Notes: generated from the letters alone by a model not told the origin. 32,000 nt of DNA from Kiritimatiella glycovorans (GCF_001017655.1 NZ_CP010904.1:2130001-2162000), one strand, 5' to 3'. Numbered from the stretch's first letter, positions 1 to 9,202 are shown. A program made the numbers and translations.

Positions 1-2
1 GG

Positions 3-653
3 GAATTTCAGCGCGACACCGGAGAGATCGCGGGGCGAACGACGATCCGCAACGCGAAGATCGTGCAGGCCGACCGGAAGGCGGGCGTGGTGCGCATGAC
101 GCTCGAATACGCACCGCGCGAACACGAGGGGAAACCCTGGATGCGCGAGACGCGCACGATCCGGATCGGTACGCCACGCCCGGACGGGAGCTATCGCATT
201 GACTGGGCCATGGCGTGCACCGCCCTGCAGGATCTCGAGTTCGGACGCAATCCGAATCCCGGACGCGGATACGGGTGCTTCTCCTACCGCGGGGCGAAGG
301 ATTTTGTGCCGGTCACGCTGCAGGACGCCGAAGGCCGGACCGACGGGGAGATCCATGGAAAGCGGGCACCGTGGGCGGTTGCGGCGGGGGCCGTGGACGG
401 ACGTGAGGCGGCCGTCGCAATTTTCGACCATCCCTCGAACCCGGGTCATCCCACGCGGTGGTTCGTCATCAACCGCGCCCTCGGCCACGGCCCGTTCACC
501 TACCTCAACCCCGCCCTGCTCTACGCACAGGACCGCAGCCTGAAGGCGGGCGAGACGATGACCCTGACGTACGGCGTACTCGTGGTTCCGCACGAAGCGG
601 ATACTGAGAGGCTCGAGGCCGAGTTCGCAGAATTTGCCTTAAAAAAGGAGTAG
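3..653 (+). CDS. PmoA-family (DUF6807-like) protein, C-terminal part; 5' end outside the window
   Basis: The frame of the 63..653 ORF stays open back to nt 3 (EFQRDTGEIAGRTTIRNAKI...), so the gene is cut by the window edge. The C-terminal segment FDHPSNPGHPTRWFVINRALGHGPFTYLNP resembles the PmoA/DUF6807 signature as I remember it. That family typically neighbours Gfo/Idh/MocA oxidoreductases. Stop TAG 651-653. Confidence 0.6.
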   Translation, partial: EFQRDTGEIAGRTTIRNAKIVQADRKAGVVRMTLEYAPREHEGKPWMRETRTIRIGTPRPDGSYRIDWAMACTALQDLEFGRNPNPGRGYGCFSYRGAKDFVPVTLQDAEGRTDGEIHGKRAPWAVAAGAVDGREAAVAIFDHPSNPGHPTRWFVINRALGHGPFTYLNPALLYAQDRSLKAGETMTLTYGVLVVPHEADTERLEAEFAEFALKKE

Positions 654-658
654 ACCGG

Positions 659-2023
659 ATGAAGGAAATGAAATCTCAATCTCCGCACACCTCGCGCCGC
701 GCCTTTCTCGGAGCCGCGACCGCTGCCGCGGCGGCCCCGGCCATCATTCCCTCCTCGGTTCTCGGAGCGCAGGCGCCATCGAATCAACTCACCTTCGCCG
801 CGCTCGGCGTCGGCAATCGAGGCGCCGGGATCAGCAAAGGCTATTTCGCCGGACTCAAGGATGTACGCGTCGTCGCCGCGGCCGACTGCTGGAAGAGTCG
901 GCGGGAACGCTTCGCGGCCGAGATCGACGAGATGGAGGGGGGGCGGGTCTGCACCCCCTATGCGGATTACCGCGAGGTGCTCGCGCGCGACGACATCGAC
1001 GGCGTGATCATCGGCACGCCCGATCACTGGCACGTCCCGCTGGCGATCCTCGCCGCACAGGCGGGCAAGCACATGTACGTCGAAAAGCCGCTCGGCACGT
1101 CGATGAAACTCGCCTGGCGGCTGCGCGACGAGATCCGCCGCAGCGGCGTGAAATTCCTCTACGGCACCCAGCAGCGTTCCCAGCCCCACTTCCGCAGGGC
1201 CTGCGAACTCGTGCTCAACGGCTATATCGGCGAGATTACGCGCGTGGAGGCCTGGTCGCCGGACATGTCGACCCAGTATGGGGTGCCGCACAATCCTCCG
1301 TACGGATCGACGATGGAGGCGCCGGTGCCGGACGATCTGAACTACGACATGTGGCTCGGCCCCGCACCGATGAAGCCGTACACGGTGGACCGCTGCGTGC
1401 GCGGCGGCCAGTGGCATATCTATGACTACGCGCTCGGATTCATCGCCGGCTGGGGCGCCCACCCGCTCGACATCGCCCAGTGGGGGCTGCAGCGGGATCA
1501 CACCAGCCCGGTGCGCTACGAAGGCACCGGCCATCAGCCCCCGCGCGGCGCACTCTGGGACACCACCGAATCGTGGGACATGACCTGCACCTACGCCGGC
1601 GGGCTGCCGATGCGGTTCATGGATTGTCGCGTCGCGAAACCCCTGGTGCGCGAGTACCACTACACCTTCCGCAATCACGGCACGACCTTTCACGGGACGG
1701 AGGGATGGATCAGTGTCGACCGCAACGCGCTCTATTCCTCCGGACGCAACCAATACACGAAGATCGAACTCAAGAACGGCGACACGCGGCTGCATGCGAG
1801 CGATCATCCCGGACGCGATCTCGTGCAGGCGATCAGGACCGGCGGCGAGACGGTGTGTCCGATCGAGGCGGCGATCCGGTCCGACACGATCAGCCATCTC
1901 ACCGATATCGTCGCCCGGACCGGCCGTTCGATCGAGTGGGATCCGGAACGCGAAAAGATCATCGGTGATCCCGAGGCGGAGAAGTTCCTCGACCGTCCGA
2001 TGCGCACGCCGTGGACCGTCTAG
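659..2023 (+). CDS. Gfo/Idh/MocA-family oxidoreductase with twin-arginine (Tat) signal peptide
   Basis: 454-aa ORF. ATG 659 is preceded by AAGGAG (643-648). N-terminal SRRAFLGAATAAAAAPAI is Tat-like. Rossmann-type segment LTFAALGVGNRGAG and the family motif HMYVEKPLG are present. Confidence 0.9.
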   Translation: MKEMKSQSPHTSRRAFLGAATAAAAAPAIIPSSVLGAQAPSNQLTFAALGVGNRGAGISKGYFAGLKDVRVVAAADCWKSRRERFAAEIDEMEGGRVCTPYADYREVLARDDIDGVIIGTPDHWHVPLAILAAQAGKHMYVEKPLGTSMKLAWRLRDEIRRSGVKFLYGTQQRSQPHFRRACELVLNGYIGEITRVEAWSPDMSTQYGVPHNPPYGSTMEAPVPDDLNYDMWLGPAPMKPYTVDRCVRGGQWHIYDYALGFIAGWGAHPLDIAQWGLQRDHTSPVRYEGTGHQPPRGALWDTTESWDMTCTYAGGLPMRFMDCRVAKPLVREYHYTFRNHGTTFHGTEGWISVDRNALYSSGRNQYTKIELKNGDTRLHASDHPGRDLVQAIRTGGETVCPIEAAIRSDTISHLTDIVARTGRSIEWDPEREKIIGDPEAEKFLDRPMRTPWTV

Positions 2024-2099
2024 TCCGGGGAACGGACAGGAGGCGAGACAACGGACTGGTGAGAGTGATTCGGATTAATTTTCGGATTCAGACCGGCCG

Positions 2100-2300
2100 T
2101 TTCTGTTGTCGCAAGAATTCTTCGCAGTCCAGGCACACCCCTTCCAGACTGGCCTGGCTACACCTGTCAACTGGAGTTCCCTCGCGATCCTTTTTACAAT
2201 CCAAATAATCGGGCACGGGCAGAGCTTCGCTGAGTACGAGCACGATGTGACGCGGGCGGATTTCTGGTCCAGCCACTAAAATTCCAGCAGTTCCACAAAT
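2100..2300 (-). repeat. Copy A (inverted orientation, diverged) of the dispersed hairpin-element family
   Basis: The reverse complement of 2222-2266 (aaatccgcccgcgtcacatcgtgctcgtactcagcgaagc) aligns almost base for base with 9407-9452 and 21199-21240. It also shares ggatcgcg (rc of 2183-2190) and a gaattcttcgcag end-like motif (2115-2128). Confidence 0.7.
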
Positions 2301-2304
2301 CGTT

Positions 2305-2688
2305 ATGAACGGGTGGTATGACACGTTGAACAAGCCGGCGCTGACCCCACCGGGCTGGGTCTTCTCTCCGGTGTGGACCGTGCTTTACACCATGATCGCC
2401 ATTGCGGTGATCCTTTACTACACCGCACCCCGGCGCCAGTACGTCGTGCAAACCTCGATCCTGCTCGCGGTACACCTGGCGACCAATTTCGCCTGGCCCT
2501 GGATCTTCTTCGGCCTGCATTCCCCGGAGGCGGCCCTTGCGAATATCCTGCTGCTGGACGGAACGCTCATAGCGCTGATCCACCGATTCCTTCATACGCG
2601 ACGCGCAGCGGGATTCCTGCTGATTCCTTATCTGCTGTGGGTTCTATTCGCCACCGGCCTGAACCTCGGGCTGGTGCTGCTGAATTGA
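2305..2688 (+). CDS. tspO: TspO/MBR-family tryptophan-rich sensory protein (short form, apparently lacking TM1)
   Basis: MNGWYDTLNKPALTPPGWVFSPVWTVLYTMIA... matches the WY-x-L-x-KP...PP-x-VF-x-VW-x-LY core of TspO. Four hydrophobic helices follow. The in-frame upstream region is closed by TGA at 2248-2250 and has no ATG/GTG/TTG. Confidence 0.85.
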   Translation: MNGWYDTLNKPALTPPGWVFSPVWTVLYTMIAIAVILYYTAPRRQYVVQTSILLAVHLATNFAWPWIFFGLHSPEAALANILLLDGTLIALIHRFLHTRRAAGFLLIPYLLWVLFATGLNLGLVLLN

Positions 2689-2697
2689 AGAACCCGC

Positions 2698-4257
2698 TCA
2701 CTGCGCGCCGGGGGGCCATTGCCGCAGACGGCGGCCGTGGTACAGGAAATAACGATGCACCTTGCCGGGGCCGTACGGAACTTCGATCTCCTCCAGAAAC
2801 CGGAGTTCATCGAATACCCCGCGAAGCTCGTCCGGGAATGCCTCCGGCGTGTGATTGGCCATGATCAGGGCGTCGTCCCCGATGCGGTCGACCGGACCCG
2901 GCCAGAGTTCGTACTGGGAACTGATATTATCGCCGCTCTTCCAGCGATGGATAAAGGGCTGATCCGGAAGGTAGAAGGCCGTCAGGCTGACCGGCCGGCG
3001 GTGCGTTGCCGAGATCAGAATGGAGTCTTCGGGGACGGCTTCACTTTCGCGGACCTCCTGAATGCGTTGCGCGAGCTGCGGCCACCCGCGCAGCCGGTCG
3101 GCCGGGTCGAGATCCGTTCCCGCCCCTCCTGCGAGGCGGACGACGACGGGGGAGGCGTAGGTCAGCAGCGAAAGCACCAGGCCCGTCCACAGCGCGGCGC
3201 GCCCCCACCCTCCGGCGCGGCGGGGCCGGCGCGCGGTCGCCAGCGCGCCGGAAAGCCATCCGCCGGCAAGTATGACCGCGGTGATATAGAACGGCGCGGG
3301 CCAGTTCGGATTGATCTCCCGTACGAGCGCGAGCGCGTAAATCGCCGCCAGCGGGGCGGGCCCCATAGCGAGCAGGAATCGCTCCGCCGCCGGCGCGCGC
3401 CTCCAGCGGAGTCCCGCCCCCAGGGCCGCCGCCACCGCCAGCCCCCAGGTCACCGGAGAAACAAGGGCGATCTGCGATCCCGCAAACTCGGCGAAATGAC
3501 TGAGCTTTTCCCCGAGTTTCACGGTTTCGGCCTCGAAGTGGCTTCCCGTGTGCTGAAACATGATCCAGCCGTGCTGCGCGTTCCAGGCCAGGACGGGGAC
3601 GGCGAACAGGAAGGTCGTCAGCAGGTAAAGCGGAAACCCGCGGACCAGGTGGCGACGGTACGGGCGATGCATGACGAGGAGAACACCGGCAAGCGCGGGC
3701 AGCGCGACGGCCGTCTGTTTACTGAGCAGCGCCAGACCCGAGGCCAGCCCCGCCAGGAGCCAGCGCCCCGGGGCGGCGTTTTCCGCGGACACCGCCGCCC
3801 ACAGGGCCCAGAGCGCAAACGACCAGAAAAACATCAGCGGCGCGTCGATCGTCATGATCAGGTTCAGCGCCCCGTTGGCCGGCATCAGCAGGAGCGCGAG
3901 CAGCGTCCATCCGGCCGCCTGGGCGCCGAACAGGCGCGCGGCGAACCGATAGAGGGCGGCGAGCGATACCGTGCCCAGCAGGGCGGCGGCGATGCGGACC
4001 CCGAACGTGGTGGCGCCGAAGAGCGAGGTCGAGGCGCCGATCAGCGCGGCGATCATGGGAGGCTTGCTGTAGTAGCCCCACGCCAGGCGGCGGCTCCAGT
4101 CCCAGTAGTACGCCTCGTCGGGAGAGAGCGGCAGGCCGCACCAGGCCGTATACGCCGCGCGCAGCGCCAGCACCGCCAGCAGCAGCAGCGCCGCCCGCGC
4201 CCCGGTGACCGACGGCGGAAGATCTTTGCGCTTCAGTTCGTACTGTTTTTCCGTCAT
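2698..4257 (-). CDS. ArnT/PMT-like (GT39/GT83) polyprenyl-phosphate-sugar dependent membrane glycosyltransferase
   Basis: 519-aa polytopic ORF. N-terminal region LPLSPDEAYYWDWSRRLAWGYYSKPPMIA is typical of the ArnT/PMT family DE-x-YY motif region. It is the last gene of a minus-strand PAP2/GT2/flippase-like/GT39 set. Confidence 0.85.
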   Translation of the reverse strand: MTEKQYELKRKDLPPSVTGARAALLLLAVLALRAAYTAWCGLPLSPDEAYYWDWSRRLAWGYYSKPPMIAALIGASTSLFGATTFGVRIAAALLGTVSLAALYRFAARLFGAQAAGWTLLALLLMPANGALNLIMTIDAPLMFFWSFALWALWAAVSAENAAPGRWLLAGLASGLALLSKQTAVALPALAGVLLVMHRPYRRHLVRGFPLYLLTTFLFAVPVLAWNAQHGWIMFQHTGSHFEAETVKLGEKLSHFAEFAGSQIALVSPVTWGLAVAAALGAGLRWRRAPAAERFLLAMGPAPLAAIYALALVREINPNWPAPFYITAVILAGGWLSGALATARRPRRAGGWGRAALWTGLVLSLLTYASPVVVRLAGGAGTDLDPADRLRGWPQLAQRIQEVRESEAVPEDSILISATHRRPVSLTAFYLPDQPFIHRWKSGDNISSQYELWPGPVDRIGDDALIMANHTPEAFPDELRGVFDELRFLEEIEVPYGPGKVHRYFLYHGRRLRQWPPGAQ

Positions 4258-4302
4258 CGCTTCACCCCACAGCCTGGGTCCAGATTCTCAGAACACCGAT
4301 CT

Positions 4303-4332
4303 TCGGAAAAGTGGTTCTTCGTAGATTTTTGT
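4303..4332 (+). repeat. Solo copy of the terminal repeat of the dispersed element family
   Basis: ggttcttcgtagatttttgtggtgag closely matches the left end of element B (agttcttcgtaaatttttatggtgag, 9375-9400) and the reverse complement of its right end (9632-9660). Confidence 0.6.
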
Positions 4333-4372
4333 GGTGAGAGACGGGGAGCATGCGGTTGCGGCCCGTGCTTAA

Positions 4373-5311
4373 TCATGACACTAACTCTGACTCTGACCCC
4401 GGCTCCCTCTTCATCCCCCCGGCCAGCACGAACGGGACGGCGCCGGCCAGGCTGACGGCGGACTGGGTAAAGAAGACGAGCAGGCTCAAGGTAAACGCCT
4501 GCTCCGGCGCGACACCGCCGATCCCCAGCATGGCGGCGTAGCCGGCCTCGCGCACCCCGATCCCGTTCAGTGAGACGGGGAGCAGGGTCAGCACGGTAGC
4601 GGCGCTGAACGCCAGCGCCGCGAGCGGGAGCGGCAGTTCCATGCCCAGCATCCGGGCGTAGAGGATTACGATGGCGACCCCGGCGCCCTGGATCAGCAGG
4701 GAGAGAGCCGCCACGATCAGGGGCGTCAGCGGGCGGCGGTAGATCATTCGCGTCCCCTCCGCCAGCCCCCGGATGTGCCGGACCCGCTCCAGCGGGACCG
4801 CCAGCTTCGGGGCCAGCATCACCGCGCACAGGGCGCCGGCTCCGAGCGCGGCAAACAGGGAACGGAGTCCCGGCACCGTGGCCGCGGCCGGGACCCGCCA
4901 GACGGCGGTGCCGCCGATCCAGATCAGTGCCAGCAGGCCGAAGCCGCGATCCGCCAGCACGCTGACCAGCGACATCCAGCCCTTCTGTTCGCTGCGCCAT
5001 ACGCGCCAGGCCTTGAGTACATCGCCGCCCATGCTCGTGGGGAGAAACAGATTGCAGAACATCCCCGCGAAATAGGTCGCGGCCAGAAATCGCCACGGCG
5101 CGCGGAAACCGAGGCTTCGCCCGAGCACGTACCAGCGGAAGCTGCTGACGAGCTGGGCCGCGGTGTACACCGCGACGGCGGCGAGGACGTGGGCCGGGCG
5201 GACCTGCGCGAAGGCCGCGCGCAGTGCGGAAAGGTCCATGCGCGTCAGCAGCACGGCCATTACGCCGGCACTGATCAGCAGCCGCGCGGCGGCCGATACG
5301 ATGCGCCGCAT
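4373..5311 (-). CDS. Flippase-like / lysylphosphatidylglycerol-synthase TM-domain (UPF0104) membrane protein
   Basis: The real start is taken at MRRIVSAAARLLISAG (ATG at 5311-5309), giving 312 aa. The track ORF 4373..6079 runs on into the upstream GT2 gene in another frame. Motif SSFRWYVLGRSLG...FCNLFLPTSMGGDVLKAWRV fits the family. The last residues GSESELVS are encoded by the CTGACT-type hexamer repeat. Confidence 0.8.
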   Translation of the reverse strand: MRRIVSAAARLLISAGVMAVLLTRMDLSALRAAFAQVRPAHVLAAVAVYTAAQLVSSFRWYVLGRSLGFRAPWRFLAATYFAGMFCNLFLPTSMGGDVLKAWRVWRSEQKGWMSLVSVLADRGFGLLALIWIGGTAVWRVPAAATVPGLRSLFAALGAGALCAVMLAPKLAVPLERVRHIRGLAEGTRMIYRRPLTPLIVAALSLLIQGAGVAIVILYARMLGMELPLPLAALAFSAATVLTLLPVSLNGIGVREAGYAAMLGIGGVAPEQAFTLSLLVFFTQSAVSLAGAVPFVLAGGMKREPGSESELVS

Positions 5312-5319
5312 CTCGCGGG

Positions 5320-6297
5320 TCACTCCACCACCTCGCGTATCGAGTAGATGGTGCGGCCGGAGGTCTCGTAGTAGGCGCGCATGACGATCTCCGAGACCAG
5401 CCCGATGCCGAGCACCACGAACCCCGAGATAATCAGCAGCGCGCCGAGCTGGAGCAGCGGACGGTCGCCGATATCCTGTCCGAAGCCGAACTTGAGCACG
5501 GTGAGGTAAAGTTCGATCAGCACACCGATCCCCAGCATCAGCCCGCCGCCGCGCCCGAAAAACTGGAGCGGCCGGGTCTGGAACCGCTGGAAAAAGAGCA
5601 TCAGCATGAGATCGAGTACGACGGTGGGCATCCGGCTGAGGTTGTACTTGCTCTCGCCCCGGGTGCGCGCGTGATGGCGCACCACGACCTCCTTCATGTT
5701 CGCGCCCCGCAGGTGGAGCAGCACGGGGATGAAGCGGTGCAGCTCTCCGTAGACGACGAGGTCGCGGACGAGGTCGCCCTCGTAGGCCTTGAGCGAGCAC
5801 CCGTAGTCGTGGAGCCGCACGCCCGTGAGACGTCCGATGAGACGGTTGGCCCACTGCGACGGAATCCGGCGCGTCAGGAGCCGGTCCTGGCGGTCCTTTC
5901 TCCATCCGCACACGATGTCGTATCCTTCCTGGAGACCGCTCACCAGTTCCGGGATATCGGCGGGGTCGTTCTGCAGGTCGCCGTCCATCGACACCACCAC
6001 GCGGCCGCGCGTGTGGTGAAAGCCGGCGGTCATGGCGGCGCTCTGTCCGAAGTTGCGCCGGAAGAGCACCGCGCGGCATTCAGGCTGTTCGCGGCAGATG
6101 GATCGGAGCAGATCCGGTGTGCCGTCCGTGCTTCCGTCGTCGACCAGGATCACCTCGAACGGAACCGCCATTTCGCGGCCGACGGCGAGGATACGCTCGC
6201 TCAGTTCGCGGACGTTGGGTTCCTCGTTGTATACGGGCACGACGACCGAGAGTTCCAGGTCGTCGCCGGCGCCGGTCCGGTTCTGTTGATGCTCCAT
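5320..6297 (-). CDS. GT2 polyprenyl-phosphate glycosyltransferase (DPM1/ArnC/GtrB-like)
   Basis: Start at MEHQQNRTG (ATG 6297-6295) is preceded by TAAGGAGG. Motifs LSVVVPVYNEE, ILVDDGSTDGT and MDGDLQNDP are present. The C-terminal part is hydrophobic, as in GtrB/ArnC. Confidence 0.9.
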   Translation of the reverse strand: MEHQQNRTGAGDDLELSVVVPVYNEEPNVRELSERILAVGREMAVPFEVILVDDGSTDGTPDLLRSICREQPECRAVLFRRNFGQSAAMTAGFHHTRGRVVVSMDGDLQNDPADIPELVSGLQEGYDIVCGWRKDRQDRLLTRRIPSQWANRLIGRLTGVRLHDYGCSLKAYEGDLVRDLVVYGELHRFIPVLLHLRGANMKEVVVRHHARTRGESKYNLSRMPTVVLDLMLMLFFQRFQTRPLQFFGRGGGLMLGIGVLIELYLTVLKFGFGQDIGDRPLLQLGALLIISGFVVLGIGLVSEIVMRAYYETSGRTIYSIREVVE

Positions 6298-6370
6298 GGT
6301 CTGCCTCCTTAACGGACCCGTCTTTATCCGCTCTATGTGCCGCGGCCGATTCCGCCCGTCCCGAGCCCCC

Positions 6371-7105
6371 TCAAGACGCTGCGGCCGCGCCGGCTTCATC
6401 CTCCACGTCTCTACGCGAGCCGAAACGGAACAGCTTCGCGAGGAGGTACCCTCCGAAGTAGACCACGGCCCAGGACCACAGCACGTCGCTCGGGAAATGT
6501 TCGCCGCGCGCGACCCGGCAGAGACCGGTCAATAGACCGTGCACAAGGCCGACCGCCAGGAAGAGACGGGCCAGCCGGTAGCGGCGCCACTCGCGGAGGA
6601 TGAAGTACGGCGTGAGGATGAAAAAGCCGGAGGCGGCATGCCCCGAGGGAAACGAGCGGCCCGCCTCGCGGCCCCCTTCGAAGTCGAACTCCAGCACCTT
6701 AAGCAGTTCCCGCTCCCCGCCGAACGGGCGGGTGTCTTCCGGGCGCGGGCGTCCGGTCCGGTCCTTGAGCACGGTGTTCACCACCAGTCCGGGAAACAAC
6801 ACCAGGGCCAGAAAAAGATAGCAACCGGACCGGCGCCAGCGCCGGAGGCGGACGACCCAAAAGCCGGCCGCCGCAACCAGCAGTCCGCCGATCCCGAGGA
6901 CAAGGGCCGGCCACTGGGCGGCGTCGTTATACACATTCAGAGCCGGATTCCGTTTATAGATCCAGGCTCCCGTGTCCGGATCGTAGAAAAATTCGAGAAT
7001 CAGGACATCCAGGCCGGTGACCCGGAAGAGCGCCGTAAGGACGACGAGTAACGCCAGGGGGAGCGCCCACACCATGAGTTCATTACATTTACCGGATCCG
7101 TGCAT
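6371..7105 (-). CDS. PAP2-family (phosphatidic acid / undecaprenyl-PP type) phosphatase
   Basis: The three PAP2 motifs are present: KDRTGRPRP, FPSGHAASG and RVARGEHFPSD. The protein is multi-TM. The start could alternatively be Met-11 (7075). Confidence 0.85.
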   Translation of the reverse strand: MHGSGKCNELMVWALPLALLVVLTALFRVTGLDVLILEFFYDPDTGAWIYKRNPALNVYNDAAQWPALVLGIGGLLVAAAGFWVVRLRRWRRSGCYLFLALVLFPGLVVNTVLKDRTGRPRPEDTRPFGGERELLKVLEFDFEGGREAGRSFPSGHAASGFFILTPYFILREWRRYRLARLFLAVGLVHGLLTGLCRVARGEHFPSDVLWSWAVVYFGGYLLAKLFRFGSRRDVEDEAGAAAAS

Positions 7106-7115
7106 TGCGGTCCTT

Positions 7116-8231
7116 TCAGTTTAGTCGCGCCAGCCACAGGCAACCGAGCCCCTGGCCGAGCACGACAGGTGTCCAGATCACCAGGTCGGGCCGCAACTGC
7201 GGCCGGTCGCCGAGACCGTCGGCGAGGAGCAGAAAGGCGTAGAAGAGCACCAGGACGACCACGCCCCATACGATACCCAGCGAGGAGTCCTTGCGCTGTC
7301 CCTGGACCCCGATCGCGGTCCCGAGCAACGCGAAGGTCAGACACGAGAGCGGCAGCGTGAGACGCCGGTTGGCTTCGGTGATCAATTCCATGCGTTCGAT
7401 GCGATAGGCCTGCGGCGCACCGGGATAGTCTTCCTTCCGCAGGCTGGAAATGCGCTCTACGAGTGCGGGAAAGGCCGTGTTGTTCGCTTTCGTCTTCACC
7501 TCGCCGCGGCGTGTGAGTTCGGCGATATCGACCCGCAGGGGATAGCGTCGCGCGCTGATGTATTTCGTATCCCCCCCGCCCTCCTCTTCTCCGTGAAGCT
7601 GGATACGGACGTTTTCGAGTTCGATCCGCAGGATGCCGTGCTGGTCGTCGACCCGGATCGATCCACGTTCGGCGCGCACGCTGCGCCGGACGCGCTCGCC
7701 GGCGAGCTCGTAGGCGAGCACATCCTCGACGTCGCGCCCGTCCTTGCTGCCGATATAGATCATCAGCCCCGGAAGCTCCCTGACGAAACGCCCTTCCTCG
7801 AGCAGGTCCACCGGGTTTTCCAGTCCGACGCTGCGCAGAAGCTGCCGGTTCGCGTGGGCGCTGCGGGGACTGAGCCAGCCGCTGAAGAGAAAGCACACCC
7901 CCGAAAACAAAAGCGCCCACAGCAGGACGGGGGCGACGACATTCCACAGGCTTACCCCGCAGGATTTGAGTGCCGTGATCTCGCCGTCGGACGACACGCG
8001 CTCGAACATCAGCAGCGTACTGATCAGGATGCCCACCGGGATGGTGAACATGAGCAGTTTCGGGATGTTCTGCAGAAAAAAACGGCCGACCAGGGCGATG
8101 GAGATCCCGCGGGCCATGAGATCGACCGAGCGGAGCAACGCACCGACACATAATACAAAGGTCACCACCAGCACGGTGATCAGAAAGGTCACCAGGAAAT
8201 CGCGACCCACATATCGGTCAAGAATTCGCAA
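7116..8231 (-). CDS. LptF/LptG-family LPS export permease
   Basis: N-terminus (TTG start) RILDRYVGRDFLVTFLITVLVV is the canonical YjgP/YjgQ start. 371 aa with an N-terminal TM bundle, a soluble middle domain and C-terminal TMs. Overlaps the folD stop by 14 nt. Confidence 0.85.
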   Translation of the reverse strand: MRILDRYVGRDFLVTFLITVLVVTFVLCVGALLRSVDLMARGISIALVGRFFLQNIPKLLMFTIPVGILISTLLMFERVSSDGEITALKSCGVSLWNVVAPVLLWALLFSGVCFLFSGWLSPRSAHANRQLLRSVGLENPVDLLEEGRFVRELPGLMIYIGSKDGRDVEDVLAYELAGERVRRSVRAERGSIRVDDQHGILRIELENVRIQLHGEEEGGGDTKYISARRYPLRVDIAELTRRGEVKTKANNTAFPALVERISSLRKEDYPGAPQAYRIERMELITEANRRLTLPLSCLTFALLGTAIGVQGQRKDSSLGIVWGVVVLVLFYAFLLLADGLGDRPQLRPDLVIWTPVVLGQGLGCLWLARLN

Positions 8232-9105
8232 CGACGCGCTCCGCGGCTTCGACCGTGTTCTGCAGCAGCATGGTGATGGTCATCGGCCCCACTCCGCCGG
8301 GCACCGGCGTGATGGCGGCGGCCTTTTCCCGGACCGCCTCGAAGTCCACGTCGCCTCTCAGCCTGTAGCCGCGTTTGGCCGAGGGATCCTCGATGCGATT
8401 GACGCCCACATCGATCACGACCGCGCCTTCACGGACCATGTCGGCCGAGATCATGTTGTGCTTGCCTGCCGCAGCGATCAGGATATCGGCCTGGCGGGTG
8501 ATCGCGCCCAGGTCTTTCGTCCGCGTGTGGCAGACCGTCACCGTCGCATTGCCCAGCTCCCATTTGCGGCTGAGCAGGTTGGCGACGGGTTTGCCCACAA
8601 TGTTACTGCGTCCGACCACGACGGCGTGGGCGCCCTCGATCGTGACCCCCGAACGCTTCAGGATCTGGAGTATACCGTGCGGCGTGCAGGGAAGCGGGGC
8701 GGGCAGACCGAGCATCATGCGTCCGACGCTGACGGGATGAAACCCGTCGGCATCCTTTTCCGGAAGAATCGTCTCGATCACGTCCGCCTCCATGGCGCTG
8801 TCGGGGAGCGGGAGCTGAACCAGAATGCCGTGGATGCGCTCATCCGCGTTGTATCCCCTGACGACCTCGAGGATCTCCTCCCGGCTCGCCGAGGCGGGCA
8901 GGACGGTCTCCTGCGAGTGAAGCCCCACCTTTTCGCAGGCGCGTTCCTTCGCGGTCACGTAGGACCGGGAGGCGGGATCGTCTCCCACGAGGAGTACGCC
9001 GAGTCCCGGCGTGACGCCCGCTGAAGTAAGCTCCGCCGCGCGCCGTTTGAGTTCCTCGCGTATGTCGGCCGCGATCTGTTTGCCGTCGAGAATGTCCGCG
9101 CTCAT
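8218..9105 (-). CDS. folD: Bifunctional methylenetetrahydrofolate dehydrogenase / methenyl-THF cyclohydrolase
   Basis: MSADILDGKQIAADIREEL...PGLGVLLVGDDPASRSYV..K...VQLPLP...VVVGRSNIVGKP...PVPGGVGPMT. GGGGGAG RBS upstream of ATG 9105. Confidence 0.95.
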   Translation of the reverse strand: MSADILDGKQIAADIREELKRRAAELTSAGVTPGLGVLLVGDDPASRSYVTAKERACEKVGLHSQETVLPASASREEILEVVRGYNADERIHGILVQLPLPDSAMEADVIETILPEKDADGFHPVSVGRMMLGLPAPLPCTPHGILQILKRSGVTIEGAHAVVVGRSNIVGKPVANLLSRKWELGNATVTVCHTRTKDLGAITRQADILIAAAGKHNMISADMVREGAVVIDVGVNRIEDPSAKRGYRLRGDVDFEAVREKAAAITPVPGGVGPMTITMLLQNTVEAAERVVANS

Positions 9106-9202
9106 GATCTCCCCCTGCTGTCTGTTGACTCCGTACCGTAACCGACGTGAGGCGCACTATACGCCCTGACCCTCACGCAGACAAGACGACGCTGGTCTCG
9201 CG

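Noticed and set aside
2719-4455. 578-aa plus-strand ORF. Similar long shadow ORFs: 24456..26198 -, 26559..28334 -, 28048..29532 -, 21512..22795 -, 23312..24544 -, 7000..8151 -
   Set aside because: Each is antisense to, or out of frame with, a gene carrying strong family motifs. Each has the low-complexity composition expected from GC-rich non-coding frames.
4373-6079. 568-aa track ORF
   Set aside because: Only the C-terminal 312 aa (from MRRIVS, 5311) look like a membrane protein. The upstream part is Arg/Pro-rich and overlaps the well-supported GT2 gene in another frame.
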